This document shows positions 63,563 through 64,000 of a DNA stretch of 64,000 nt, in pieces; positions within the stretch are counted from its first letter, which is position 1; the number at the start of each line of letters is the position of its first letter. Source of the stretch: Tubulanus polymorphus. Its lineage: Eukaryota > Animalia > Nemertea. The position numbers and the translations under genes were made by a program. The stretch is from NCBI RefSeq assembly GCF_964204645.1, contig NC_134033.1, positions 14,392,655 to 14,456,654 of the forward strand. The letters are read 5' to 3'. The notes below the pieces were generated by a model, which did not search any database, was not told the DNA's origin, and was given only the letters and a program-made list of their open reading frames with translations.

Positions 63563-64000
63563 CTGCAATATTACGAACAAATAAAGCAAGGCGTTATTTC
63601 TCGGCGAATCGACGGAGGCGCTATCTCGACCGCGCACGCGTTCCTGAATCATAATCGCGCGCATATAGTCAAGAGTCGCCGACCTCCGACGACGACGACG
63701 ACAACCGACGACGAGCTGAGAGAGAGAAAAAAAATAGAAACGACACGATCGTTCGACAGAATTATTGAACACGCTCGAATAGGCTTCGTCGTTTAGAGTC
63801 GATTTAACGGAACTCGGGTGAAAGAAACGAGAAAATAGCCTGCTGTATTTTATCACCGCGCACAGGTAGTTATCGAGATGGTTAATGACTCGATGACGGC
63901 GCGGACGAGTATATACGCGTTCACGATCGACAGTCACCCGTGAAATTAGAGATATTACTCGTGTATGATTTTTGATAGATTTTCTCTTGATTTGCGCTGG

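Overview
AT-rich eukaryotic genomic DNA with spliceosomal GT-AG introns. The gene content suggests a marine invertebrate, probably a spiralian; this is inference and the species cannot be determined from the sequence. Left to right: (1) a 3-coding-exon Golgi carbohydrate sulfotransferase (-); (2) a tail-to-tail pair of intronless rhodopsin-family GPCRs plus a truncated third copy; (3) a ~13 kb secreted VWD-C8-TIL x2 protein gene (-) whose middle is an array of 17 symmetrical phase-1 micro-exons, each encoding one two-Cys, mostly Lys-rich module; (4) a frameshifted 3' remnant of an SLC22 transporter; (5) a small spliced gene missed by the ORF track that encodes a signal peptide-propeptide-KR-33 aa six-Cys peptide resembling sea-anemone APETx-type beta-defensin-fold toxins; (6) an intronless CYP2-clan P450; (7) a PAN-EGF-fibrinogen-domain gene; (8) a tandem array of seven intronless, atypical GPCRs with a nucleotide-homogenised TM2-ECL1 block; (9) the 3' part of a membrane-anchored type-B carboxylesterase (-). 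Several MITEs, LINE fragments and microsatellites are interspersed. The most notable items are the APETx-like peptide gene and the micro-exon module array. All gene models were assembled by eye from splice signals and reading-frame continuity; no database search was run.
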